Shown piece by piece: positions 26,469 through 35,907 of a stretch of DNA of 46,717 nucleotides. The notes beneath the pieces were generated by a model. That model was not told the origin of the DNA, ran no database searches, and saw only the letters and a list, made by a program, of their open reading frames with translations. Numbering within the stretch: the first letter of the stretch is position 1; each line of letters opens with the position of its first letter. The stretch comes from Candidatus Dojkabacteria bacterium (lineage in GTDB: Bacteria; Patescibacteriota; Dojkabacteria; SC72): NCBI GenBank assembly GCA_018056375.1, contig JAGPFQ010000001.1, positions 598,137 to 644,853 of the forward strand. Reading direction: 5' to 3'. Both the position numbers and the translations under genes were made by a program.

Positions 26469-27759
26469 ATAAAATGTTTTTTGGTAAATCAGTCCAACTT
26501 ACTACTTTTTCCTCTCGTTTAGCAAGGTTCTTTAATCTAAATTCTCGTGATTTAATCTCTTCGTCTCCAATACAAATAATATATGGAATATTTTGCTTCT
26601 CGGCTGTTTTAATCTGTGCTTGAATTCTTCTATTTGTATAGTCTACTGCAACATTAACACCTTCTTTTCGAAGATAACTTGCTACCTCATCAGCAAATCT
26701 TAAAAATTTAGAATCAAAACAACAAATGTAAAGTTGTGTTGTAGACTGAACTTCTGGAAGTAAATTATATGTTTCCATATAGTCTGCAATAGTAACGTCT
26801 CCCATACCAAAACCTACTCCAGGAACTTTTTCAACACCAAAGATAGCAACTAAATCGTCATACCTTCCACCACCAAACAAAGAACGACTATTTATTGGAT
26901 TAGTATCAAAAACTTCAAACACCATTGCAGTATAATAGTCAAAACCTCGCATTAGTGATGGGTCAAAGATATAGTTTTTTATACCTTTCTCTTCTAGAAG
27001 TTTTTGTAGCATTTCCAAATCTTTAACACCTTCATTATTAGAAAGTTCTTTATCGATATCTGCAAGTTTTTTACAAGCAAGGAAGCTTATTAAATCTTTA
27101 ACACGAGTACCTAAAAGTTCCCCTGCTTGAGAAATGAAATCTTCCTCACTAATTTTGTTTTTTCTGTCGATTAATTTTGATAGTTGATAACCTTCATCTT
27201 CATTTAGACCAAAATATTCATGGACTAAATAGTTCATTAGCTTTCTACTGTTAAGGCGTATTACAAAGTTTTCATCTTTTGCTCCAAAAGCTTTCATGAC
27301 ATCATAAGCGACTGCAATAATCTCTGCATCTGCTTCAATACTCTCCATACCAAATATATCAACATTAAGTTGCCAGTGTTCTCGTAATCTCCCTCGTTGA
27401 GGTCTTTCATAACGAAAAAGGTTTGGAATAGAATACCAACGCAATGGGAAAGCTAACTCATTCCTTTTTCTTGCAATCATACGAGCTACTGTTGGTGTCA
27501 TCTCGGGTCTAATTGTTAAATCTCTTCCACCGCGATCAACAAAAGAATATGTTTGTTCGTTAACAATTTCTGATCCTGTTTTTGCATGATAAATAGCTGT
27601 TTCTTCTAGAACGGATGCATCATATTCTACATAACCAAACTTTTCTGCAACATTACGCATTGTAGAAAATATATATTTTTGTAATACCATATTTTCTGGA
27701 TAAAAATCTCTTGTTCCGCGATACGGTTCTGTATTAAGTTTTTGAGTAGTGTTTTTCAT
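26467..27759 (-). CDS. hisS: Histidyl-tRNA synthetase
   Basis: YRGTRDF, LTIRPEMT, FRYERPQRGRLREHWQ, RGFDYYT, GGGRYDDL, GFGMG. Confidence 0.97.
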   Translation of the reverse strand: MKNTTQKLNTEPYRGTRDFYPENMVLQKYIFSTMRNVAEKFGYVEYDASVLEETAIYHAKTGSEIVNEQTYSFVDRGGRDLTIRPEMTPTVARMIARKRNELAFPLRWYSIPNLFRYERPQRGRLREHWQLNVDIFGMESIEADAEIIAVAYDVMKAFGAKDENFVIRLNSRKLMNYLVHEYFGLNEDEGYQLSKLIDRKNKISEEDFISQAGELLGTRVKDLISFLACKKLADIDKELSNNEGVKDLEMLQKLLEEKGIKNYIFDPSLMRGFDYYTAMVFEVFDTNPINSRSLFGGGRYDDLVAIFGVEKVPGVGFGMGDVTIADYMETYNLLPEVQSTTQLYICCFDSKFLRFADEVASYLRKEGVNVAVDYTNRRIQAQIKTAEKQNIPYIICIGDEEIKSREFRLKNLAKREEKVVSWTDLPKNIL

Positions 27760-27823
27760 TGTTTATTGCTCGTATTTTATAATTATTCTTATAAAGAATC
27801 AAATAATAATCTACTAAGATAAC

Positions 27824-27913
27824 TGGCGGAGAGAGAGGGATTCGAACCCCCGGTATGAAAAATCATACAAAGCTTTTCGAGAGCTTCCCTTTCAACCACT
27901 CAGGCATCTCTCC
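27824..27913 (-). tRNA. tRNA-Ser(CGA)
   Basis: 90 nt, long variable arm, anticodon arm AAGCT-CTCGAAA-AGCTT, encoded CCA. Confidence 0.95.
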
Positions 27914-27929
27914 ATACCTAATTATACCA

Positions 27930-29831
27930 TTAGATAAGGGTTTTTTGTTGATAATGTCTCTTTATAAGATCTTTAGCTATTTCAATAAATTCTTCTTTCC
28001 CTATATTTGACAACGGATTTTCCATTTTATCTTCAATATAATGGTCATGAAAACCAAGTAGCTCATCTTTATCTGCATTATCCGTATTAAGAAATAACAT
28101 ATCACCTTCTCTATTCCTTTTGTCTTCTATTGAGGTCTTCTCTAAACCTATGCCATTTATTCTCAAAAATTTCTCTACGGCTTGTGTTGCATCTCCATCA
28201 TAATAAACAATGTGTTTTGGTCTCATTTCTGGCATTTCACTAAACCTTTTTTCCCAAAACTCTCTTGCCGTGATTGGCTCCTTAGCCAATATATATGGCT
28301 TTGTAACTTTTTCAAAATCTATCAATGCATAATCGACCGTATACTTGTCAAGATTATTCATTATTAAGTATGCAGAATTGCTTACAAAAGATTCTGGAAT
28401 ACCTGCAACAGACAACTCTCTCTTTAATTTTTCTAATAATTTATTTCTCCTTTCTTCTCTTTCTTCATAGTTTGTTATTTCTTGAATCCTTACACATTCT
28501 GTATATATTTCATTATCAGGGTTATCTTTTAAATTTTTATAAAAATCACCAAAAGTTCTGATTAATTCCTGATCTTTTAAGATAACTCTTCTTTCATTCC
28601 CTTGCCCATCATATACAATTTCAGAGGTATATTTTGAACCTGTTTCTGGATCCACAAGTGTTGAATCCGGAAGAAAGACTATTCCTGCATTTATGTTAAT
28701 ACCCGATGAAACAGAATCTCCTGGCCATACATAAACATCATTCCACTTCTTCTCCGCTGGTGTACGAGTCAAACTTTGTGAACCATGAAATGCAAAATTG
28801 TATTGAGAAACTATTGTATCTGTTGGGAAAATAAAAAAAACATCATTATTTTCTTCCGCACCATAATAATCAGCTCCTACCTCTTCTGACATAAAATGAA
28901 CAGCCGTTGAATCGTGATAAGAATCATAAGAAAAATATTTCAAATTTGCCAAATCGGTTTCTTCATCACTTTCAAAGAAATTCATACTTTGTAAGTATCG
29001 TTGAATATCTTCTTCGTTTCTCTCCCTAACTCCTGCTACTACCATAGGTGCCTTTATCAAGAAATTGTCTTTAATTATACTCATAAAACCGTTATGAAAG
29101 TCATATATTCCAGCTGAATGATCAATCATTTCATAATGGTCTCTAAAACCTTGCCTTACAACATGACTAAGAAATTCGGGATTAAGCTTTTTCCATAAAC
29201 GAATATATTCATCCATACTTAGCTGTTCTAATACTTCTGGCTTTAAAAGTTCTCTTTTTTCATCTTTACTCAATTCTATATATTCAAATTTTCTATAATA
29301 ACTTTCTAACAAATCTTCAGGCTTAAGAATTTGAGAAATCTGTTCATTTAAGGTTTTAATCTCTTCATCGCTTAATATCTTTTCTCTTTTCAAAAGACTT
29401 TCGTTTGTAATATTTTCATATTTTAATTTTGTTTCCAGTTCTTCTAGTTTTTTATCAGGAAGATGTAAAATCTTAAGAAGTTTATTAGTTAAAGAGTTAA
29501 TCCTTTCCTGTTTTAAACTCTCTAGCTCTCTAATTTTTTCTAAACTTCGTCCTGTTATTAAGTCTATCCTTTCTAAAGTTTCTTGTTTTTGCTGTTCTAA
29601 TTCTCGCCTATTTTCTTCATTTACATTTATTTGCTTATACAACTCATTTACTCCTTCTGGATCTACTGTTTGGGCAACTCTTTTTGTATCTATAAGATCT
29701 TTTAGCTCCTGAAGTTTTTGTGCCGTTTCATCTGTTTGAATATTTGTTTGGTTCGTATTGTTATCTCCATCCTTTTCTAACTTATTACTTTCAGGAATTT
29801 CTTCTTGAGTATAATCATAGCCAATGTCCAT
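27930..29831 (-). CDS. Hypothetical protein (633 aa): coiled-coil N-terminus and globular C-terminal domain
   Basis: Long ORF with motifs FLSHVVRQGFRDH, TAVHF, YYGAEENNDVFFIFP. Confidence 0.85.
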   Translation of the reverse strand: MDIGYDYTQEEIPESNKLEKDGDNNTNQTNIQTDETAQKLQELKDLIDTKRVAQTVDPEGVNELYKQINVNEENRRELEQQKQETLERIDLITGRSLEKIRELESLKQERINSLTNKLLKILHLPDKKLEELETKLKYENITNESLLKREKILSDEEIKTLNEQISQILKPEDLLESYYRKFEYIELSKDEKRELLKPEVLEQLSMDEYIRLWKKLNPEFLSHVVRQGFRDHYEMIDHSAGIYDFHNGFMSIIKDNFLIKAPMVVAGVRERNEEDIQRYLQSMNFFESDEETDLANLKYFSYDSYHDSTAVHFMSEEVGADYYGAEENNDVFFIFPTDTIVSQYNFAFHGSQSLTRTPAEKKWNDVYVWPGDSVSSGININAGIVFLPDSTLVDPETGSKYTSEIVYDGQGNERRVILKDQELIRTFGDFYKNLKDNPDNEIYTECVRIQEITNYEEREERRNKLLEKLKRELSVAGIPESFVSNSAYLIMNNLDKYTVDYALIDFEKVTKPYILAKEPITAREFWEKRFSEMPEMRPKHIVYYDGDATQAVEKFLRINGIGLEKTSIEDKRNREGDMLFLNTDNADKDELLGFHDHYIEDKMENPLSNIGKEEFIEIAKDLIKRHYQQKTLI

Positions 29832-29876
29832 ATATGTATGATAAACAAAATTTTAAAAACACTTTTTCAATAACAA

Positions 29877-30566
29877 CTAAACCTTCTCTAAAGGAATATA
29901 CTTACCATAATTAATTTCTTCTACCTTATCCTGCTTTTTAATATCCTGATAGAGAAGATGTTCTTGTAATATCACAAAAATAGCATCTTTATCTTTCTTT
30001 CCAACAAGCATTATCAAAACTCTAGGAAATTTTAACTTAGTATTAACTACTAATGTGTAATACTCCTCTTTCTCTGCGAAAAAGAAACTATCTAACATAT
30101 ACCATTCATACAACTTATTTGTAGTATCTATACCTCTTTTTGTTATCTTATGATTTGCAATAAGTGGTTTTGTTGTTCCTGCTGCATAAAGAACAAAAAG
30201 TACAGAGATAATCGCTGCTATTAAAAAATATTTTCCTAAAATTGCAAGTAGTACTATAAAAGCTAGAGAAAGAACAAGGATAATCTTAAAACCTTTACTA
30301 TTAAGCTTGATTTGATATCTCTCAGGAGCTTCCCACTCAAATAGTTTAATATTTTGAACAACCTCTTTCTTCTGTACAGGATCCTCCTCTATCTTCATTT
30401 CTCCTTCGATAATCTTCCTCCTCCTCTTATCTTTCTGCTCCTCTATAGCTCTTTTTTTCTCTTCTTGAATCTTCTCTTCTTTCTCTCTTAAAGACTTCTC
30501 TTCACTAATTAAGTCTACGAACTTTTTTAATGTATCTTTTTCTTTCATATAATAATCATACAACAA
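29877..30566 (-). CDS. Conserved membrane protein (TM hairpin plus PH-like C-terminal domain, DUF5673-like)
   Basis: Charged N-terminus, LFEWEAPER, two TMs, HKITKRGID...YEW; alternative start ATG 30548. Confidence 0.75.
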   Translation of the reverse strand: MLYDYYMKEKDTLKKFVDLISEEKSLREKEEKIQEEKKRAIEEQKDKRRRKIIEGEMKIEEDPVQKKEVVQNIKLFEWEAPERYQIKLNSKGFKIILVLSLAFIVLLAILGKYFLIAAIISVLFVLYAAGTTKPLIANHKITKRGIDTTNKLYEWYMLDSFFFAEKEEYYTLVVNTKLKFPRVLIMLVGKKDKDAIFVILQEHLLYQDIKKQDKVEEINYGKYIPLEKV

Positions 30567-30924
30567 AAATTAAAAACAAAACAATTATTAATATTCCAAA
30601 CCCCCATAAGAAGTTAAGTATTTGGAAAATATGTAGTAAAAATACAATTAAAAGTCCAAATGTAATACTCCCACTCATTTTTAAACTATATACAATCCTT
30701 TTTCTATGTGATATTTCCTTCCTAGTGATTTTAAAAATCAAATACAAAAGTAAGGTAAAGAAACTAAAAAGAAATATCATAGAGAGAAGTGTAAAGACAG
30801 AGAAGTTTATCCAACTAACTTCTCCACTACTTAATCTTGGAAGAAAATTTGGGTTAGTTAGTAAATAATACAAGAAACTTGCAGAGAAAAGTGATGTAAG
30901 TATTGTAGTTAAAAAGAATTTCAT
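30556..30924 (-). CDS. Small membrane protein
   Basis: 122 aa, about 4 TMs; overlaps the downstream start. Confidence 0.75.
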   Translation of the reverse strand: MKFFLTTILTSLFSASFLYYLLTNPNFLPRLSSGEVSWINFSVFTLLSMIFLFSFFTLLLYLIFKITRKEISHRKRIVYSLKMSGSITFGLLIVFLLHIFQILNFLWGFGILIIVLFLIFVV

Positions 30925-31002
30925 ATATTTTCCTTCTCTAGGTTTTTAGATAAACAGAACTCTTCTTTAGTATTAGATAATTAAATTAAGTTCTGTAAAA
31001 AT

Positions 31003-31686
31003 ATGAATATTTTAATTATAGAAAATTCTTACACTTTAGGACAGATTATGTCAAAAACATTAGATTCTTATGGATATAAAGTGAGTATAGATAATGATAG
31101 TTTTACAAATAAAAAGTTTGTTAAAAGAAAATTATTTGAATTTGTTATTTTAAATACAAATTTAGGAGATAAGAAGAGTTTTGAAATATTAGATTTTATA
31201 ATTCAAAATAGTTCTGAAACAAAGATTTTAGGTGTTTGTAATAAAGGAAGTTGGACTGAGAAAGTTTCTTTTCTTAATCATGGTGGAGATGATGTTTTAA
31301 CATATCCTTTTCCTATGCAAGAACTATTAGCAAGAATACAATCTTTAACTAGAAGACCTAAAAGCTATATAGATCAAAATATCTCTTTAGGTGATTTGAC
31401 TTTAGATTTAAATACTAAAAGTATATATAGAGGTAATCAGGAAATAGAGGTAAGAAATAAAGAGTATGACCTTTTTGAATATTTAGTTAGAAATAAGGAA
31501 AGACCAATATCAAGATGTGAATTATTAGACCACGTTTGGGATTTTAGAGATTATGTTGGTTCTAACACGATTGATGTTCACGTAAATAGATTAAGAGAAA
31601 AATTAGAGGATAAAGATATCATAGAAACAGTACATGGTGTTGGTTATGTAGTTAAAGATAGAGATACTGAAACTAAAGCATCATAG
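31003..31686 (+). CDS. OmpR-family response regulator with degenerate (pseudo-)receiver domain
   Basis: Winged-helix C-terminus (KEYDLFEYL, LLDHVWD, NTIDVHVNRLREKL, IETVHGVGY); receiver Asp replaced by Asn51, Lys by Tyr101. Confidence 0.9.
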   Translation: MNILIIENSYTLGQIMSKTLDSYGYKVSIDNDSFTNKKFVKRKLFEFVILNTNLGDKKSFEILDFIIQNSSETKILGVCNKGSWTEKVSFLNHGGDDVLTYPFPMQELLARIQSLTRRPKSYIDQNISLGDLTLDLNTKSIYRGNQEIEVRNKEYDLFEYLVRNKERPISRCELLDHVWDFRDYVGSNTIDVHVNRLREKLEDKDIIETVHGVGYVVKDRDTETKAS

Positions 31687-32797
31687 GCATAACTAGATGT
31701 ACAAACTCTTTATCTCCTTCTATCTTAAACACACCTGGTTTTACAGGATCTGTACATTCAAAAGATATCTCATCAGCATCTATATGATTTAAGATATCTG
31801 CAAGTAATCTTGCACTAAATGCAATCTTAAGATTCTCACCTTCTATATTTCCTTCAAATACACTCTGGTTTTTTCCTAAATCGCTCTGTACTGCAGATAA
31901 TGTTATTTTCCCATCTTTAGAATTAATATCTAAAATCATTTTGTTTCCTAAAACAGATCTAGCAATAATGTTTACAATCTTAAGAGAATTTAAGAAATCA
32001 TCTCTCTTAATAACACATTTTGTTGTAAAACCAGTTGGGATAATCTGTTTGTATTCTGGAAATTCACCATCAATTAATCTTGAAATAAGGTCAACATCGG
32101 CTAATCTAAATAATACCTGATTCTTATCTTCCAACAGATAAACATTAACCCATTCTTCATCAGTATCTAATTCAGAAATAATATAGGTAAGTTCTTGGAA
32201 AGCTCTAACAGGTACTAAGAAACTCTTCTTTTCTCCACTCTTTTCAACTTTAAAACTCTGTTTAGATAGTCTTAAACCATCTGTTGCTACAAATGAAACG
32301 GTATCATCATCAACTTCAACTTTAACACCTGTTAATACTGGTTTAATATCATCACTAGCAGCTGCAAAAGCAACTCTACTAACAGCTTGTACAATATCTA
32401 TTTTCCTTATTCTAACAAAAAACTTATCCTTATCATCAACACTTGGTATATTAGGAAAATCATCAGATGGCATAGTATTAAAACTAGCATTATTATTTGA
32501 AGTTGAAATATTAAAATTCTGTTTGTTTACTTCAATATCAACCTTTTCCTCTGGAATAGAGTTTACAAACTCTGATAACTGTTTAGCTGGTACTGTAATT
32601 TTCCCATCTTCTTGGATATCTGCTCCTATCCAAGTACTAATACTTAATTCTAAATCTGTCGTTTTTAATTTGAGTTTACCTTTATCACTTTCAAAATAGA
32701 TATTGCTAAGAATAGGTAAACCTGGTTTAGATGTAACTATTCTGCTTACAATATTTAGATATTTTGAAAAAGTATCTTGATTACATGAGAACTTCAT
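31673..32797 (-). CDS. dnaN: DNA polymerase III beta sliding clamp
   Basis: LKLKTTDLEL, VATDGLRLS, SRLIDGEFPEY, terminal LVMPM. Confidence 0.97.
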   Translation of the reverse strand: MKFSCNQDTFSKYLNIVSRIVTSKPGLPILSNIYFESDKGKLKLKTTDLELSISTWIGADIQEDGKITVPAKQLSEFVNSIPEEKVDIEVNKQNFNISTSNNNASFNTMPSDDFPNIPSVDDKDKFFVRIRKIDIVQAVSRVAFAAASDDIKPVLTGVKVEVDDDTVSFVATDGLRLSKQSFKVEKSGEKKSFLVPVRAFQELTYIISELDTDEEWVNVYLLEDKNQVLFRLADVDLISRLIDGEFPEYKQIIPTGFTTKCVIKRDDFLNSLKIVNIIARSVLGNKMILDINSKDGKITLSAVQSDLGKNQSVFEGNIEGENLKIAFSARLLADILNHIDADEISFECTDPVKPGVFKIEGDKEFVHLVMPMML

Positions 32798-33251
32798 ATT
32801 TATTAAAGAAATAATGTTAATTTAATAAGGCAGTAATAGTTTCTAGTATATATCTATATTATACATAAAATCTTCCACATTTGTAGCCTTCTATATATTT
32901 TTTATATTTAAAATAAGTAATAGATGTAGTAGAGAGTATGGATATGTAGATAACTCATTCTAATTCTTTTAAAAACATCTTTCTTATATTCTTTTTAATA
33001 TTAAATATCTTTGTGTATTACTTCTATTCTAGAAAAGTTATAAGTGTGTAAAAATGATTTACTAACAAGGGGATAGATTGTGGATGAAAATTTAGTATAA
33101 CTTTGGATAACAAGCTATTTTATGTGGAGAAACAGATAAGTAGAAAACCTTAGTACTAAAGCACTTCTACACAGACATAACATTTCTTTGATAGTAAAAA
33201 TGTAGAGTTATCCTTAACTAATATTTATGATACCCACAGAGTTATCCACAA
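32798..33251. other. Replication origin oriC (dnaA-dnaN intergenic)
   Basis: Perfect DnaA box TTATCCACA 33242-33250; near-consensus boxes at 32871, 32937, 32945, 33045, 33079, 33102, 33123, 33165; AT-rich tracts. Confidence 0.9.
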
Positions 33252-34679
33252 TTAACTCCTTATAATATGCAAACAACTATCTAATTTTTCTCTAAAAATA
33301 GCATCCTCCTGCTCTTTCTTCTCTATTTTCTCATATGCATGGATAACTGTAGTATGATCTTTTCTGTTAACTTCTCTAGCAACTCTCTCAAGAGGAAGTT
33401 CTAACTCTTTTCGTAGAATATACATAACAACCTGTCTACATTGTGCAACATATGCAGTTCTCCTATTCCCTTTAATCTCTGAAGGTTTAACATCAAAAAC
33501 TTCTGATACTGCTGATATAACTTTTGCTGGTGTTATCTTCTTTCTCTTAGAATCTAAATCTATTTGTAACATTTTAGCTATATCTTCCTCTGTTGGTTTT
33601 AAACCAAGTTTGTAAAGAGAAACTACTTTTGTAAGAGCACCTTCTAACTGTCTAATATCACTTTCAATATTCTTTGCTATTAATTCTAAATACTCTTCAG
33701 GGATTTTTGCATCTTTCTCTTCTAAGTTTTGTTTTAAGATAGCTAATCTTGTTTCATAATCAGGAGGTTGAATATCTGCAACCATTCCACCCATAAATCT
33801 TGTTCTTAATCTATCTGTAATATTTTTAATCTCTTGTGGAGACCTATCAGAAGCTAAAACAATCTGTTTATTTGTTTGATAGAGAGCATTAAATGTATGG
33901 AAAAGCTCTTCCTGTGTTCTTGGAAATTCTTCAACAAACTGTACATCATCAATAATTAAAAGATCTACAGTCCTATACTTGTTCCTAAAATCTTCATTTC
34001 TTTTTGTTTTAATAGAATCAACCATTTCATTAAGAAATTGTTCAATGGGTATATATACAACTTTTTTAGTAGGGTCATTCTTCAATACTTCATTACCAAT
34101 AGCTTGCATCAAATGAGTTTTTCCTAAACCTGAGTTACCATAGAAGAAGACAGGATTGTAAGCATTCCCTAAGTCTTTTACAACAGCTTCTGCTACAGCT
34201 TCGGCTAGTTCATTACTTTTTCCTACAACGAAGTTTGAAAAAAGATATTTAGGATTTAGATGTGCTTCTGCAGTTTTTTTCTCTAAAGTCTCTTGCTCTT
34301 TCTTAGATTCTGAGAAAAGGTCCATGGTTTTGTTTTCTGTAGGGTCATGATATTCATATCCACCCTTCTCTCCTACTTTTCTTTGAACATTTATCTCAAT
34401 TTCATAATTAGCACCGGTAACTTTCTTTAATGCTTGTCTTAAAGAAGCTTTGTAATCTCTTAATATTTTCTCTTTCTTGAATTCTGAATCACAGGCAAAT
34501 TGCACAATACCGTTTCCAATATTTTCAATATATACATCATTGAACAGACTTAAAAACACTCTATTACCAAGCATTAATTTGAGATGTTCTTTGGTCATTT
34601 TCCATACTTCGTCAGTATTAACATCTTCTTGTATTTGTTGAATATTTTTGAAGTATCCTTTAAAGTCTGCCTTGTTCAT
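33252..34679 (-). CDS. dnaA: Chromosomal replication initiator DnaA
   Basis: YNPVFFYGNSGLGKTHL, LLIIDDVQF, LRTRF, domain IV RKDHTTVIHA. Confidence 0.98.
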   Translation of the reverse strand: MNKADFKGYFKNIQQIQEDVNTDEVWKMTKEHLKLMLGNRVFLSLFNDVYIENIGNGIVQFACDSEFKKEKILRDYKASLRQALKKVTGANYEIEINVQRKVGEKGGYEYHDPTENKTMDLFSESKKEQETLEKKTAEAHLNPKYLFSNFVVGKSNELAEAVAEAVVKDLGNAYNPVFFYGNSGLGKTHLMQAIGNEVLKNDPTKKVVYIPIEQFLNEMVDSIKTKRNEDFRNKYRTVDLLIIDDVQFVEEFPRTQEELFHTFNALYQTNKQIVLASDRSPQEIKNITDRLRTRFMGGMVADIQPPDYETRLAILKQNLEEKDAKIPEEYLELIAKNIESDIRQLEGALTKVVSLYKLGLKPTEEDIAKMLQIDLDSKRKKITPAKVISAVSEVFDVKPSEIKGNRRTAYVAQCRQVVMYILRKELELPLERVAREVNRKDHTTVIHAYEKIEKKEQEDAIFREKLDSCLHIIRS

Positions 34680-34777
34680 ACCAAGTATTTTTTAATAATA
34701 TTAAGAGACAGTTTGCTTGGAGGGCAGTCTACGGTCGATTGGGACTCTGTTGAACATTATATTCAATTTCTAAAAAA

Positions 34778-34786
34778 TGTGGATAT
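34778..34786. promoter_or_regulatory. DnaA box upstream of dnaA (possible autoregulation)
   Basis: TGTGGATAT, 1 mismatch to TGTGGATAA. Confidence 0.5.
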
Positions 34787-34946
34787 CTTTTACAAGATAT
34801 TTTAAAAAGTATTACTAGTACAAGATTTTTAAAAGTGAGTTTTAGCTCTAGTAATTCTAGAGAGGAAAAGTCTTTTTGAAAACAGATTTGCTAAATACTT
34901 TTAGTTACTATATAATCAGCAAGATTTCAGATAGTCAGTTCAAAAT

Positions 34947-35129
34947 ATGAAAAGAACATATCAACCAAATAACAAGAGAAGAATAAAAAAGCTCGGATTT
35001 ATGGCTAGAAACAAAACCGTTGGTGGTAAAAATGTTTTGAAAAGTAGAAGAGCTAAAGGAAGAAAGAGCTTAAGTGTCAGTGAGGAGTACAAACTACTCA
35101 GAAAAAAACAAACAAAAAATATTAGATAG
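34947..35129 (+). CDS. rpmH: 50S ribosomal protein L34 (C-terminally extended)
   Basis: MKRTYQPN...GFMAR..T.GG..VL..RRAKGRK.LSV; canonical position. Confidence 0.95.
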   Translation: MKRTYQPNNKRRIKKLGFMARNKTVGGKNVLKSRRAKGRKSLSVSEEYKLLRKKQTKNIR

Positions 35130-35134
35130 AAGAT

Positions 35135-35497
35135 ATGCTACCTAAAAAACATAGGTTGTCAGCAAAAGAATTTCCTTTGCTATACAAGAATGGCTTTAAG
35201 TCCAAAGGTGAATATGGAATGTTAGTTTGTTTAGGAAATAATACCTCTTCTACTCTTTTTGGTTTTGTTGTTAGTAAAAAGATAGGGAATTCTGTTAAAA
35301 GACACAGGATGACTAGATTACTTAGAGCTATCTCTATGGAATTAGTTAAAGAAAGAAACTTAGAAGGCTTCAGTTTTCAGTATGTAGCATTTAAGTTCTG
35401 TAATGATTACAAGACTTTAAAAGAAGAATTTACAAAACAGTTAGATAATTGTTTAAAAAATCAACAGGGTGAAAAAAATAATATTGTTTCTAATTAG
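35135..35497 (+). CDS. rnpA: RNase P protein
   Basis: [31 protein letters not shown]. Confidence 0.93.
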   Translation: MLPKKHRLSAKEFPLLYKNGFKSKGEYGMLVCLGNNTSSTLFGFVVSKKIGNSVKRHRMTRLLRAISMELVKERNLEGFSFQYVAFKFCNDYKTLKEEFTKQLDNCLKNQQGEKNNIVSN

Positions 35498-35708
35498 AAT
35501 TTATCAAAAAACATTATCACTGGATCATGGGAAAATGGGGGAACTTGTTCCTGGTGTGAGAATTTGTAAATTTAATCCCTCTTGTTCAGCATATAGTTAC
35601 GAAGCTATTGAGAAATACGGTGTTTTAAAAGGAGGTTTAATGTCTGTATGGAGAATTCTAAGATGTAACCCTTTCACTAAACCAGGTACTTACGATCCTG
35701 TTCCGTAG
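35469..35708 (+). CDS. yidD: Membrane protein insertion efficiency factor YidD
   Basis: [31 protein letters not shown]...YDPVP; GTG start. Confidence 0.93.
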   Translation: MKKIILFLIRIYQKTLSLDHGKMGELVPGVRICKFNPSCSAYSYEAIEKYGVLKGGLMSVWRILRCNPFTKPGTYDPVP

Positions 35709-35712
35709 TAAT

Positions 35713-35741
35713 TTGCAAAGACTTTTAAGGGTTGATATAAT
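35713..35741 (+). promoter_or_regulatory. sigma70-type promoter between yidD and yidC
   Basis: TTGCAA (35713-35718), 17 nt, TATAAT (35736-35741). Confidence 0.65.
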
Positions 35742-35754
35742 AGAAATATCATGA

Positions 35755-35803
35755 GGGAGGGAAGGTTGTAGATTAAATGCTACAAGCAACACTCCCATTT
35801 TTT
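35755..35803 (+). terminator. Long hairpin plus U-tract (terminator or body of a small RNA)
   Basis: GGGAG/CTCCC outer stem, 6x6 internal loop, TTGTAG/CTACAA inner stem, then TTTTTT. Confidence 0.6.
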
Positions 35804-35907
35804 ATGCTGTTTTTATTAATTAAAGGCGTGTTTTTTACTTTTTCCTTAAATTTTGTACAAATTTATGTTATAGTCCACCAAGTATTTAATACTATCTTTT
35901 AATACAT

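Noticed and set aside
34707-34750. Structured RNA leader upstream of dnaA
   Set aside because: Slightly GC-richer segment with only a weak, interrupted stem (CAGTC…GACTCTG); not enough to call.
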